The notes under the pieces are model-generated. The model had not been told where the DNA came from and made no database searches. It saw nothing but the letters and a program-made list of their open reading frames with translations. Shown piece after piece: positions 48,311-58,051 of a stretch of 64,000 bases of DNA (the first letter of the stretch is position 1; every line of letters starts with the position of its first letter). The position numbers and the translations under genes were made by a program. This DNA is from Akkermansia sp. (GTDB lineage: Bacteria; Verrucomicrobiota; Verrucomicrobiia; Verrucomicrobiales; Akkermansiaceae): assembly GCA_045531695.1 (NCBI GenBank), contig JAZSEM010000053.1:1307-65306 (forward strand), in the 5' to 3' direction.

Positions 48311-48364
48311 TATAAATCCCTTCCCCAGTGCTTTTTGATAAAGCAGCAGAGGAAGGGATTTATA
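48311..48364. terminator. Hairpin between the convergent DUF1232 pair and cmr operon
   Basis: 14-bp stem tataaatcccttcc / ggaagggatttata. Confidence 0.65.
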
Positions 48365-48372
48365 GTGCGTTG

Positions 48373-49275
48373 TTAAAGGTTGGTGAAGTTGTGTTCTCTT
48401 GCCTTTGCTCCCAAAGTAAAATCCGGCGCCTTGAGAATACAGAGTTTGAGCTTGTTTTCTATAAGTACAGGTCGGAATCGCACGGCAGAGCTCTGCCGAT
48501 CACCTATGGCATTGCCCAGTGCCGAGGTCCCATAGTGAGAGCCTTTTTTCGCGGATTGGCCTTTGCTTAGCGTGGGGTGAATACCGAGATTTTTTCGGTA
48601 TTCCTTGAGTTTCTGTGCGCAGTCTGATAGAAGCTGGGTTGTTACAGAACCATCGCCGAAATTTCCGTATTCTTTTTTGTCGAACAACCTGAAATTGAAA
48701 TTCTTTTTTACAATATTGTTGTTCAGTAGTTCGAGCACCTTCTGTTCATCCGTTTTAACCGGTGCATAGGCGCCCAGAGCACGTGTTTTACGAGCACCGA
48801 TAGCGCCAAGATTACACAGGCAGTCCCAAGCGAGACTCAGCAATTCCATATTAGCCGGGTTGATATCTTTCACTTGGCGTAACTCCAGCGTAAACTTTTT
48901 TTTAGGTGGTAGGTATGCATCTGAGCGTACGATTTTTGTCGCATCGAAGTTTTTTTCGTTGGCGCTCAGGAAATAAGTGATGTATGAGGAATTGGCAATT
49001 TTAATATTGGGTTGCTCAAAGCTCCAGCGAAAATCTGTTGGAGAAGGTTTAATGTTGACAACCAGCAGAGCTACGGCGGATGCTTGGCATTCACCATATA
49101 TTCCGCCGAAAACGGCTTGTTCCTGCTCCCTGGTTCCACCAAGGCAGCGGAACCACCAGCGTAGCTCACCTCGAAAAGATGCAGCCCTCAGTTCCGGGGC
49201 TGTTTGATCAGCACCGGCACAAAAGCATGGGGTGATGAGTTGGAGTTCACACGAACGAAATATTTTGGGAATCAT
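48373..49275 (-). CDS. cmr1: Type III-B RAMP protein Cmr1
   Basis: LQLITPCFCAGA…LRAASFRGELRWWFR and the Gly-rich loop LGAIGARKTRALG. Confidence 0.88.
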   Translation of the reverse strand: MIPKIFRSCELQLITPCFCAGADQTAPELRAASFRGELRWWFRCLGGTREQEQAVFGGIYGECQASAVALLVVNIKPSPTDFRWSFEQPNIKIANSSYITYFLSANEKNFDATKIVRSDAYLPPKKKFTLELRQVKDINPANMELLSLAWDCLCNLGAIGARKTRALGAYAPVKTDEQKVLELLNNNIVKKNFNFRLFDKKEYGNFGDGSVTTQLLSDCAQKLKEYRKNLGIHPTLSKGQSAKKGSHYGTSALGNAIGDRQSSAVRFRPVLIENKLKLCILKAPDFTLGAKAREHNFTNL

Positions 49276-50435
49276 GGGATATCCGGTAAGTTGATGTTGT
49301 AATTTTGTGCCATTTGGAACATGGCTTCCAGCGCTTTCTTGCGGGCTTTTTCCTCTTTTTTATCTGAGATTTTCTTATCCAGGAAGTCTCGAAAATCCTT
49401 CAGACGGCATGCCGGATCCTCTTCCGGTAAGGATATTGCTCGCAGCAGAGCCCAGTGATTCATGGGCTTTTTGTCCTTATCTTTGTGGAATTTGGAGAAC
49501 ATGTCGTGGAGTTTCTCCTTTTTGGAGATAAAGAGAATAGCTTCCTGCTGTTCCGGGGTGAAGATTTGCAGAGACTTATCGGCTACCTCGAAATAGCCAT
49601 ATCCGGCTGCTCCTTTAGCTCCAATTCCAAAGAGGATGAGTGCTTGGGTGAGCCATTCTTCAGCTGTGTCGAGTATTTCCGTGGCTGTGGGGGCATAGAG
49701 GGTGAAGCTGTAAATGGCATCTTTTCCGTACTCCACTGCCGGAAAGTAGCAGGGGGTGGGGAGTTCGTCATCTGTAGGATTGGGGGTGTCCCCTGACATG
49801 TAGTTTTTGTGGTGTGGGGTGAGTACCTCAGCACAGAGTTGTACTGTATTTTGGGGAACCGCCTGCATAAAATAAACCTGACCTTGTCGGGGACCATAGA
49901 GTTCCGCAAACTCATGGAGCCGGTTTTCGGGAATGGCTAGAGCTAAATCACTGTCTTTCTGGAAATCTGATTGAGAGCAACCGAAAATACGAACAAATAA
50001 ATCCAACAGTTTTTCTACCTGTTCAGCATCTTCGCATTCTTGCATTTTGGCTATGGCATATCGTCTGGCTGCACCTTTCACTGCGCTTCCCGGTATGATT
50101 GGAACGCCACAGCTGTGTTCCAGCGCAATGCTGGCATTTTCGAGAATACTGCCGGAAAGATTAATCAACAGTCTGCTTTGCAGAGTTGCTTGTATGGTGC
50201 GGCATCGGCTTATCGGAAGTGAGTCCACAAAATGCGTCCAGTACGAGCCGAAAGTCCGGAGCTCCGCTGCATGAATCAGTGCTTCTACCCCCTTTTTTTT
50301 GTATTCAGCGTCTTCGCTGCCATCTTCACCTCGTGCTGATGGTGCAAAATACGTGCTTGCCAATGTGCGGGCTCGATCATTGCCGGAGAGTGAATGCCAG
50401 GCATTTTTTGCCCGGTTTGCTGCATAGATATTCAT
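49272..50435 (-). CDS. cmr6: Type III-B RAMP protein Cmr6
   Basis: GVPIIPGSAVKGAAR, EVLTPHH…PTDDELP and GIGAKGAAGYG motifs. Confidence 0.92.
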   Translation of the reverse strand: MNIYAANRAKNAWHSLSGNDRARTLASTYFAPSARGEDGSEDAEYKKKGVEALIHAAELRTFGSYWTHFVDSLPISRCRTIQATLQSRLLINLSGSILENASIALEHSCGVPIIPGSAVKGAARRYAIAKMQECEDAEQVEKLLDLFVRIFGCSQSDFQKDSDLALAIPENRLHEFAELYGPRQGQVYFMQAVPQNTVQLCAEVLTPHHKNYMSGDTPNPTDDELPTPCYFPAVEYGKDAIYSFTLYAPTATEILDTAEEWLTQALILFGIGAKGAAGYGYFEVADKSLQIFTPEQQEAILFISKKEKLHDMFSKFHKDKDKKPMNHWALLRAISLPEEDPACRLKDFRDFLDKKISDKKEEKARKKALEAMFQMAQNYNINLPDIP

Positions 50436-50440
50436 AAGGC

Positions 50441-50827
50441 TTAAAGTTTATTCATGGCACGAACAAATCGCTTCAGGTAATTGAGGTAGGTCAGGCACTC
50501 ATCCGACATCATGGCCAGTTGTGTGGGCTCTGATGTTGTGGAGATGGTGCGGATGGCTGACATCACATCTGTCGGCAAGGGGGAGCCGGGGAAACGTTTT
50601 CGGGCCTGCAAGTTGCTCAGGTGGCCGATGAGGGACTGTGCAATCAGTTGGCACTCGCCGCCTTTGTCTACGCTGTATGCCAAGGTCGCCAGCAGACCAT
50701 TGGTGATGATGAGGGAGTGGTAGCCTGAAAGCTGGTCACCTTCTTTACCTCGAGCACAGTGGATTTTTTCTGCATCCGCCAGTGCGTTTGCAGCACGGAA
50801 TTGCTCCATGTTGATGATAGTTTTCAT
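50441..50827 (-). CDS. cmr5: Type III-B small subunit Cmr5
   Basis: 128-aa helical protein with SLIITNGLLATLAY and LNYLKRF, between cmr4 and cmr6. Confidence 0.85.
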   Translation of the reverse strand: MKTIINMEQFRAANALADAEKIHCARGKEGDQLSGYHSLIITNGLLATLAYSVDKGGECQLIAQSLIGHLSNLQARKRFPGSPLPTDVMSAIRTISTTSEPTQLAMMSDECLTYLNYLKRFVRAMNKL

Positions 50828-50847
50828 AACAGCACAAGAGAATGGAG

Positions 50848-51648
50848 TTAAATAAGAGATGTTGTGCAGAACCCGAGGCCGGTGGTGGCATCTGCCCCAA
50901 TTTGGAGAACCGGGGGTATATTCAGCTTGTCGAGGGTACCGGTGCGCAACTCGGTGAGAGTGGCATAGAAAAGAGTTTCTGCCGGAACATTTTCCTGATT
51001 GAAGAGTGCGCCATCAGCTGCCGTTCCGGTGCTATCATCAATTTTAACGTGTTGGGCAATTTCGCAGGAGGATGTGCAGAAGTGACTGAGCATTTCATCG
51101 GAGGCGAGGAGTAGGTGGTCCCCCAGAAGCTCAGTCCACATGGGGTCGGCGCATGCTGTTTGCAACGCTTCCACCAGCCCGGTGGGCAGGGGGGCTGCAT
51201 CGAGCAGGTAGCCTTCCAACAGAACTTGCCCGGCTTGTGTTTGGAGGGAATCTGCTGCATATACAGAGCAACCCTCTGTTCGGGGAATGTCGTAGGAACG
51301 GCCGGTGTCGCGCAGCCAGCGTTGCAATGCCAGCGGACTGGTTACCCAGGCAAAGCAGCCTCGGGCGCTGCGCACCGGGAACGCCAGTAGCTTGGCTTCG
51401 CCGAATGCCAATCCCCCGGACTGATTAGAGTTTTCTTTGCCCAGTATGGCTTCGCCATCTGCTGTGCGGCGGAATTGGGAGTCCAGATAGAGGTCGGCAA
51501 TTACTCCCTTGATGGCAGAACCGGGAATGCAAGGGAAACCGGTATGTCTTTCGCGTACAATGGGTTGATCGATAGCTCCGACAGAGGCTCCGGCTCCGAT
51601 GTGGAGTGGTGTGCGGGTAAAGATGGAAAGAATGGATGTAGTGGACAT
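50848..51648 (-). CDS. cmr4: Type III-B RAMP backbone protein Cmr4
   Basis: TPLHIGAG…IDQPIVRERHTGFPCIPGSAIKG, LLAFPVRS, ENVPAETLFY and IGADATTGLG. Start 51648 preferred. Confidence 0.93.
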   Translation of the reverse strand: MSTTSILSIFTRTPLHIGAGASVGAIDQPIVRERHTGFPCIPGSAIKGVIADLYLDSQFRRTADGEAILGKENSNQSGGLAFGEAKLLAFPVRSARGCFAWVTSPLALQRWLRDTGRSYDIPRTEGCSVYAADSLQTQAGQVLLEGYLLDAAPLPTGLVEALQTACADPMWTELLGDHLLLASDEMLSHFCTSSCEIAQHVKIDDSTGTAADGALFNQENVPAETLFYATLTELRTGTLDKLNIPPVLQIGADATTGLGFCTTSLI

Positions 51649-51676
51649 AAAGATGAATAATGATGAGAGTTGAAGT

Positions 51677-53002
51677 TTATTTTGCAAAATGCCAGATAGC
51701 GCATACGCCGAGGCCGAAGCCTTGCTCCCCCAGTAGTTCTGAGCGGCGGTTGAGTGAGCCTGAAGCAGTGCAATGCAGTGCCTGACAGAGCTGCTCTGCA
51801 TCGGCAACACTATTACACTCAAAGTAATATACTGAGCCTGCCGGTGCCGCAGAGTGGGCAGCTTTGGGGCCTTCCTCGGCATCCGGTCTGTCGGTAGTGG
51901 AATAGCCGGCTATGGAGAGTGGCTTGCCTACTACCGCGGCAACCAAGTGGGCTGCTATACGGTTCTTGCTTGCTTGCAGTCGAGCTCTCCATGCTGCGCG
52001 GGATTCCCCCTCATTGCGGGCGCGATTCCCCCCCTGCAACAGAACGTCACCGGTGGTAGCGTGCACCCAGCTGGGCAGCCAGCCGCCGGGGTGTTCTCCG
52101 TGTCGGCTCCAGATAGCCGGGGTAATCAGTACCCATTTGACACGAACTTTCCCATCGATATCCTGCTGCAACTCTGGTATGGGGGGAAGTGGCAGTTCAC
52201 TGATGGAACTTAACACGGCGGTGCATATTCTTTGTTGACCTCCGACAACGATGCGATTATTTTGCTGTAACAGCTCTTCTAACACGTCTTTGCGTCCGCC
52301 ATCCGCTGTTTTTTCTGAAGAACTTACCCAACTGCCTATGCTCCACCCCGGTTTGATTCGCAGTCCGGAGTATGAGTAAAATGTGCCGGCTTTTACTGTG
52401 TTTGTTGCATCCTCGCGGGCTATACCATAGTGGTGTTCCAAATCTGCGATATCAGCATAGTTAATTCCCTGTCGGTTGTTGAGCTGGGGATGTTGTTTAC
52501 CTGTCACTCCCTGTGCAGATGTTCGGACGTACTGCTGCCAAGCCGTAGAGGAGAGCCAGATGGGAGCTCGGTTTTCTTTACTGGGTGCGCAAAGGCTTGC
52601 TACACTGTAGCGCAGGGGGGCCGGTAAGGTGGACTGCCCTGCCATTTCTTTGGACAGAGGTAGGCTGGTGGGAGCTGCTATGCCCAGCTCCATATCCAGC
52701 GGGCAGGGGAAGTACCATTCCTGCTCTGTGGCATCGACACGCACCGGGAAGGGGCCGGCGTGTAGCAATGAACCATAACGTGAGGTGCGATTTTCAGCTC
52801 CGCTGTATCTGCGCTGCTGACCGCGCGTGTGGAACTCATGATTGTGGCCGGATATGCCACTGCGGTGCAGGGCTGCACGCAACGCATGTGATATGAGATC
52901 CGGCGTGGGCCAGAACATTGTATGTCCTGCGAGGGCACCCTCCATGGGACGGGCATCGCGTATCATGAGTATATCGGAAGGTGTTAAAATAAGCTGGTTC
53001 AT
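51677..53002 (-). CDS. cmr3: Type III-B RAMP protein Cmr3
   Basis: PSDILMIRDARP, PTPDLISHALR, LITPAIW, AAPAGSVYYF and GFGLG. Start 53002 preferred. Confidence 0.9.
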   Translation of the reverse strand: MNQLILTPSDILMIRDARPMEGALAGHTMFWPTPDLISHALRAALHRSGISGHNHEFHTRGQQRRYSGAENRTSRYGSLLHAGPFPVRVDATEQEWYFPCPLDMELGIAAPTSLPLSKEMAGQSTLPAPLRYSVASLCAPSKENRAPIWLSSTAWQQYVRTSAQGVTGKQHPQLNNRQGINYADIADLEHHYGIAREDATNTVKAGTFYSYSGLRIKPGWSIGSWVSSSEKTADGGRKDVLEELLQQNNRIVVGGQQRICTAVLSSISELPLPPIPELQQDIDGKVRVKWVLITPAIWSRHGEHPGGWLPSWVHATTGDVLLQGGNRARNEGESRAAWRARLQASKNRIAAHLVAAVVGKPLSIAGYSTTDRPDAEEGPKAAHSAAPAGSVYYFECNSVADAEQLCQALHCTASGSLNRRSELLGEQGFGLGVCAIWHFAK

Positions 53003-53003
53003 G

Positions 53004-54839
53004 TTATCTTTCGTTAGGATTTCGGCCGATGAAGGCGACGATACTGCACATGGGGACAAGCTCATCCACGGGGTTGCTGATACGTGGTCGGGGTGGCGTG
53101 CCTATTTGCTCCTGAAGCAGATGTCGGGTGTAGTTGCTCAGGCTGTTTCTTAAATTATCCCTCAATGCGTAATCTTTTCCCTGCCATTGGCGGTCGAGCA
53201 TGCTTTCAAATTCCAGTAATGCCACATTGACTGCTGCTGTGTGGTACGGAGTATGCAACTGGTAGTGCATCATCTCACTTTTACCACTCATGTAGGGGGT
53301 TAATAGTTCGGCATAGCGGTGAGCCCCCTTAGCGGATATTTGTTCCTGCTCTATACATTCCTGCCATATATTCAGGAGTTCTCGCGCCCCACTATCCCAC
53401 CTTGCGCCCCATTCGATGATTTCGCCGGAGCGTTTAAGCGCGGAAATGGAGAAGGCATTGCGCCCAAGAGTTCCCTTGGCTCGCGCCTCTGCTCGGCGGG
53501 CAGCTTCTACAGCATCTTGCAGGGGGGCGGAACTGTGTACCAGTGCCAACCCGGCGGATACAGTCATGCCCTGACGTATGCTCTGCATGGTTTCGCTGAA
53601 AGCAGCCCCCAGTTTTGCAGCACAATCTACAGCTGTGGCAATGCCTGTGCCGCCGGATGTGTCGGTATCGGATTGCCGAACATGTAGTGGCAGCAGTGCC
53701 AGTACGTCATCTCCACCTGCGTAAATGAGCTTGCCCCCATATTCCTTGATGATGGCTCCCACCTTTTTCTGCGCGAAAGTTGCCAGAGCAGATGAGAATG
53801 TACGGTGAAAGTCTGCATTCACCAGCTTATCGTTGCCTTCATTTTGGCGTGTAAGTGCCGCGCCGATGTTGTCACCATCCATAGCCAGCACGGCATAATA
53901 ATGGCTATCGTGGTCAGACTGTCCCTCTACATTTGGCCCATAGGCAGCATTCAGCTCCGGTAGTTTATCCTCGTATGGCTGCATGTCGGGTACATACCAA
54001 AGACGCTTGATGAGGGTAATGGCACCCAGTGCATCATTGCGGCAGGGTGCCAGATACCGTTTGTACTCCCAATCGGTGCACAGGTGCGCATCCTTTTTCA
54101 GACAGAACACTTGTTCTTCTTTGCCGGTCAGATAATCTTTTACCTGTTCTCGCCCAGAGTGCCAGCCGGCATCCCGACCTAAGCCTGCATTGCGAGCGGC
54201 AAAGTTGTTCACTTTGCGTACGGCATTCATGCAGTGATCTACCAAATAATAGATGGTGGAATAGCGTGCAGCTGCCTTGCCCTGTTGCAGGCTGTGCAGT
54301 GCGCGGGTGAGGGGCGTTTGCTCTGTCACACCCTGAGCCAGTGTTTCAATATCGGCCAGTGGCAGCTCCATGGGTAGGTGTGCATAATCCACAGCCAAAT
54401 GTTGCTGCACCTGCATGTTGTAACGTGTTCGTCGGGCTGTATCCGTTTGTATAGCCACGGGCAACATGCTCCAAACCGTATCGGCTATGTCCTGCCAGGT
54501 GTCTTGTACAACGGAACGGGTGGCTTGAGCCAGTTGTTCAGCCTGTTCAGTTGGCACACAGGCCACCAGTTTGTTACTCAGGCAGGGTGCCTCGGCTCCT
54601 TCTACCCACCCGGTACCTTTTCGGGGCAGGCTCCACCATTGACAGATACTCAGTTCTCCGGTACAGGGGAAAATAATTTCTGCTTCTTCCTGTTGTTCCA
54701 GATAGTGCAGAGCAGCAGCCATGAGACGCGATAACAGATAGGAGCCGCTCCACAAATCTCGGGATGTGCGAGCCGCCGCTATGAAGTCTTGCACAGGACC
54801 TATCTGCATACGCAGCATACTTTTGCCGTTTGTTTGCAT
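53004..54839 (-). CDS. cas10: Cas10/Cmr2 (type III-B), HD-less, Palm domain intact
   Basis: IGPVQDFIAAARTSRDLWSGSYLLS at the very N-terminus, YAVLAMDGDNIG, YAGGDDVLA and AFSISALKRSG. Confidence 0.95.
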   Translation of the reverse strand: MQTNGKSMLRMQIGPVQDFIAAARTSRDLWSGSYLLSRLMAAALHYLEQQEEAEIIFPCTGELSICQWWSLPRKGTGWVEGAEAPCLSNKLVACVPTEQAEQLAQATRSVVQDTWQDIADTVWSMLPVAIQTDTARRTRYNMQVQQHLAVDYAHLPMELPLADIETLAQGVTEQTPLTRALHSLQQGKAAARYSTIYYLVDHCMNAVRKVNNFAARNAGLGRDAGWHSGREQVKDYLTGKEEQVFCLKKDAHLCTDWEYKRYLAPCRNDALGAITLIKRLWYVPDMQPYEDKLPELNAAYGPNVEGQSDHDSHYYAVLAMDGDNIGAALTRQNEGNDKLVNADFHRTFSSALATFAQKKVGAIIKEYGGKLIYAGGDDVLALLPLHVRQSDTDTSGGTGIATAVDCAAKLGAAFSETMQSIRQGMTVSAGLALVHSSAPLQDAVEAARRAEARAKGTLGRNAFSISALKRSGEIIEWGARWDSGARELLNIWQECIEQEQISAKGAHRYAELLTPYMSGKSEMMHYQLHTPYHTAAVNVALLEFESMLDRQWQGKDYALRDNLRNSLSNYTRHLLQEQIGTPPRPRISNPVDELVPMCSIVAFIGRNPNER

Positions 54840-54875
54840 GGATTGTTATGTGTGTTATGTTGTACGTATTGATTT

Positions 54876-55241
54876 CTATACCTCCACAAGACCTTCGTAG
54901 CTGAAAACACTGTGTTTTTCTACCCTTCCATCGGGCTGGTGTACCTCTTTACTGCGTCGCAGAGAAAAGGAAAAGTAGGTCCGGACTCCGCGTCGTTTCA
55001 GGCTTTGTGTCAGCTGTGCCATCAGGAAGGGAGCTCCACCCAGCATGGCTCCTTCAGCCCCTGCGGTGACTGCCAGCCCAGCCAGCTGTTCGGCGCGTTG
55101 CTGTACGTCTGCCAGAGTTGGCGGTGCGATGAAGGTAAGCAGTTCCCGTACCTGCTTGCTCAGCGGGGCAGGAAGTTCCTGTATGTTGTCTTTCTTTTGT
55201 TCTTCGGTCAGTGAGTGTTGTGTAAGGTTATAAATTGGCAT
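54876..55241 (-). CDS. Small CRISPR-associated alpha/beta protein, Csx15/Csx20-like N-terminus (candidate ring nuclease)
   Basis: 121 aa, with NLTQHSLTEEQ, LLTF, AMLGGAPFLM and YFSFSLR. Located directly upstream of cas10. Confidence 0.6.
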   Translation of the reverse strand: MPIYNLTQHSLTEEQKKDNIQELPAPLSKQVRELLTFIAPPTLADVQQRAEQLAGLAVTAGAEGAMLGGAPFLMAQLTQSLKRRGVRTYFSFSLRRSKEVHQPDGRVEKHSVFSYEGLVEV

Positions 55242-55270
55242 AGTAATAGGGTAGTTATTTGTTCGATGGA

Positions 55271-56386
55271 TTATTTTTTTTGGAATTTGATGTCGTGTAT
55301 TCTGTCGAATCCTATGGGGCTGTGAGGTTTGAGAGCATCTTCAGCCACCACGCTGTAACCGTTGTTTTCCAGTGTTTGTTTCAGGTATGTCTTTTCCTTG
55401 CTGAATATTCTAGGGTAATTATCCTTCCATGCTTCTTCCTTGAAGAGTTCCTCTTTTTCCCAGCGTCGAAGAATTTCATTGGGCAATCTGTTTGATTCGC
55501 GTAACCTGTTTCTCCATTTGTTGGCAAGCTTGTATGTAAGCTCCATGATTTCGCCCTTTTTTTTCCCTTTAAGAGCGTGCATTGCCATGATGGCCATCAG
55601 CATGTATTGGCGCGGAGGAAGTTCCAGAGATTCTCCATTGATGATGACCTTGCAGTCGCTTGTACTTATGCGTATCTTTACATCCTCAGGATATAGCTGG
55701 GTTATATGTTCCCTTGCTCGCCCCATGAGTCGGGAGAAGGAACCGCCGGTTTCAAAGTCCGCTCCTTTCACCAGTGAAACCAACGGTACAAAGGGAATCT
55801 CTGCCAAATCTATTTTCACTTGTGCAGCGGTGAAATCCTCCCCCGTTCTGTTTATCAGCTGCTGCTTTTCCTGTTCCGGGAAGAAGAACTCCGTGCAGCT
55901 GGTGACTTTCTCATCTGCCAGCACGTGAGTTATGATGTCGTCACTGCTTGCTCCCAGACACATGGCTGCATACATCAGCGCGCTCATACTTTTGCGACCA
56001 CCTGCAATGGAGGCCACCAGTCGGCATATTTCCAGCTCAGGGTTTTTATAGCTACGGATTACACGTAGCAGTTGATCGGCCACAAGATTCTGGTCGGTGC
56101 TGGTTACAATGTCTATCAATTCGCAGCCTTGGTCATCTTCAAAGATGTATTTGGATAATTTGATTTTTTTTCTGAGTTTGTGTTCCAGCATTTTCCATAC
56201 GCTCATTTTTTCCTTTTGTTTCAGCAGCATGCTTTCTAACTTTTCCCAGCCGGTACGTGTGGTACATACCTTTACTTCATCCGGTACGAGGTCGGGGTGT
56301 TCTATGTGTAGTCCCCATATGGTCTCTGTTACCACGGCAGGGCTCATACCTACCACGGTTATTAAAACTACTTTTTCGCTGTTCAT
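55271..56386 (-). CDS. csx14: NE0113/Csx14-type CARF domain protein with putative C-terminal winged helix
   Basis: VLITVVGMSPAVVTETIWGL and SIAGGRKSMS…ITHVL CARF motifs. The C-terminal ~130 aa resembles an OmpR-type wHTH. Confidence 0.8.
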   Translation of the reverse strand: MNSEKVVLITVVGMSPAVVTETIWGLHIEHPDLVPDEVKVCTTRTGWEKLESMLLKQKEKMSVWKMLEHKLRKKIKLSKYIFEDDQGCELIDIVTSTDQNLVADQLLRVIRSYKNPELEICRLVASIAGGRKSMSALMYAAMCLGASSDDIITHVLADEKVTSCTEFFFPEQEKQQLINRTGEDFTAAQVKIDLAEIPFVPLVSLVKGADFETGGSFSRLMGRAREHITQLYPEDVKIRISTSDCKVIINGESLELPPRQYMLMAIMAMHALKGKKKGEIMELTYKLANKWRNRLRESNRLPNEILRRWEKEELFKEEAWKDNYPRIFSKEKTYLKQTLENNGYSVVAEDALKPHSPIGFDRIHDIKFQKK

Positions 56387-56634
56387 TACTTTAATTCGTT
56401 TAATAGAATGTCGGTTGTATCGGGCCGGAATTAACTTCGTGCCACCTGCAATTTACATATCTACTTATAGCATCCTTTCTATTTACATGTCAATTTTTTT
56501 TTAATGCAGGAATCTTCCGGGAAATTCCTGCATGATTTGCAGACCGAGTATTGTATTATGATTAACAGTTTGTTATGCTATCTCATTAAGATGTGGAACA
56601 TTCCCATCACTTTAACCTCAATATATGAGTTACT

Positions 56635-57654
56635 ATGAGCACTATCTTTATCGATTTAGCATATGGCAAGGGGCACCTTCGAGGAGATTGTATGCACTTG
56701 GTTGGGATTCCCTGGAAAAATAATTACGAGGCTGATGAAGCCATTCGCGAGGAAATATCCCGCAGTGTGCCTCTATCACAGGTGGAGCATGTGGTTGTCA
56801 ATCCTCAGGTTACCCTTAGCGGAGCTTTGCTGCAGGCTCTCCTTGAACGAGGTGTTGCTATTACCATGCTGGTGCAGAAAGGACTGCTCGGTACTGCGCA
56901 GCCCACTGGGGCACCCAAGGGTCACCTGCGACTCGCTCAGTACCGTTGCTGTTGCGATGCCGACTGGGCCTTGCGACAGGCGCGTGTTATTGTATCAACC
57001 AAAATTCATAATCAGGCATTTATGCTCCGCCGTCGTAAAAATCCACCGCCCGACGCTTTCTTTCGAGAGATGAAGAAGCTGCAGAAAGCTACGCTGTCGG
57101 CGACTGATACCGCCATGCTCATGGGGATTGAAGGGAGAGCCAGTGCTCTTTATTTCCCGGAGTGGGCGCGGGCTCTTCCTCCCGCTTTTCCTTTTAATGG
57201 CCGTTCTCGTCGCCCTCCGCGTGATGCGGTGAATGCCTGCCTTTCCTATCTGTCGGCTCTATGTCAGTCCGATATGCTGCGGGCTGTGGTAGAAGTGGGC
57301 CTGGATGCCGAACTGGGAGTGTTGCACAGTACAGAAGATTATCGCCACAATCTTGTTCTGGATCTTATGGAACCGTTCCGTCCCATTCTGGTTGAGGGGG
57401 TGACTCGAGATGCCCTGACCCACGGAATGCTTGGTGAAGAAAGTACCGAGATTCTTCCTGCAGATGGAGGTTGTTATCTTACTTCGCAGGGGCGTATTGC
57501 TATTATTCGACGTTATGAACAACGTATGCTCAGCTCATTCTTGCAGGGGGATAAACATACGACGCTGCGGCAGTGCATGCACCAGGTGGCTCGTCATTGG
57601 AAACATGCCGTTATGGATTCCCAATTAATTGCCTCGAACTTTAAACTCTGCTGA
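56635..57654 (+). CDS. cas1: CRISPR integrase Cas1
   Basis: GIEGRASALYF, RRPPRDAVNACLSYL and GVLH…NLVLDLMEPFRP motifs. Confidence 0.95.
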   Translation: MSTIFIDLAYGKGHLRGDCMHLVGIPWKNNYEADEAIREEISRSVPLSQVEHVVVNPQVTLSGALLQALLERGVAITMLVQKGLLGTAQPTGAPKGHLRLAQYRCCCDADWALRQARVIVSTKIHNQAFMLRRRKNPPPDAFFREMKKLQKATLSATDTAMLMGIEGRASALYFPEWARALPPAFPFNGRSRRPPRDAVNACLSYLSALCQSDMLRAVVEVGLDAELGVLHSTEDYRHNLVLDLMEPFRPILVEGVTRDALTHGMLGEESTEILPADGGCYLTSQGRIAIIRRYEQRMLSSFLQGDKHTTLRQCMHQVARHWKHAVMDSQLIASNFKLC

Positions 57655-57657
57655 AAG

Positions 57658-57942
57658 ATGTACTTTCTTGTCAGTTACGATATCGCTAATCCCCGGCGTT
57701 TGCGGCGAGTTTGTCGTTTGCTGGAGGGTGCCGGTACTCGCGAGCAGTACTCTGTTTTCCTTTGCAATATGGGAAGTATGCGGAGTATGTTGATATTGTG
57801 GGATACCCTTCAACGGGAAATTGACCCGACCGTTGATAGGCTTTCAGCCTACCCTATTGATGCCGCAGCGATGGCTCAGGCTTTACACGCCGGCGATTTC
57901 CCGGTAAGCCTTTTGACGGAACCGCTCATTATCATTGCCTGA
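57658..57942 (+). CDS. cas2: CRISPR-associated endoribonuclease Cas2
   Basis: LVSYDIANPRRLRRV…QYSVF…DRL motif. Confidence 0.95.
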   Translation: MYFLVSYDIANPRRLRRVCRLLEGAGTREQYSVFLCNMGSMRSMLILWDTLQREIDPTVDRLSAYPIDAAAMAQALHAGDFPVSLLTEPLIIIA

Positions 57943-57967
57943 ACGAATCTGTTCTCGATTCATTACG

Positions 57968-58008
57968 CCAAAAAAGCCTCCATCATAATTTGATGGAGGC
58001 TTTTTTGG
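57968..58008. terminator. Bidirectional terminator between cas2 and array 2
   Basis: ccaaaaaagcctccatca-taatt-tgatggaggcttttttgg. Confidence 0.85.
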
Positions 58009-58051
58009 GTGATGAAATAGATATCGTCGGTCTTTTGTAGCCAATGAGAGG

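Noticed and set aside
50848-53065. Longer N-termini for cmr4 (51882), cmr3 (53065) and the 5801-7459 ORF in the track
   Set aside because: They overlap upstream genes and lack family similarity. Internal ATGs match the family starts.
50288-55564. 8-nt homopolymer runs in cmr6 and the CARF-wHTH gene as phase-variation tracts
   Set aside because: Short Lys-codon runs in intact frames, common in AT-richer genes.
56635-57654. Possible RT-Cas1 or Cas4-Cas1 fusion, since type III loci often have one
   Set aside because: Cas1 is 339 aa with no YADD-type RT motif or Cas4 Cys cluster, and no RT gene lies nearby.
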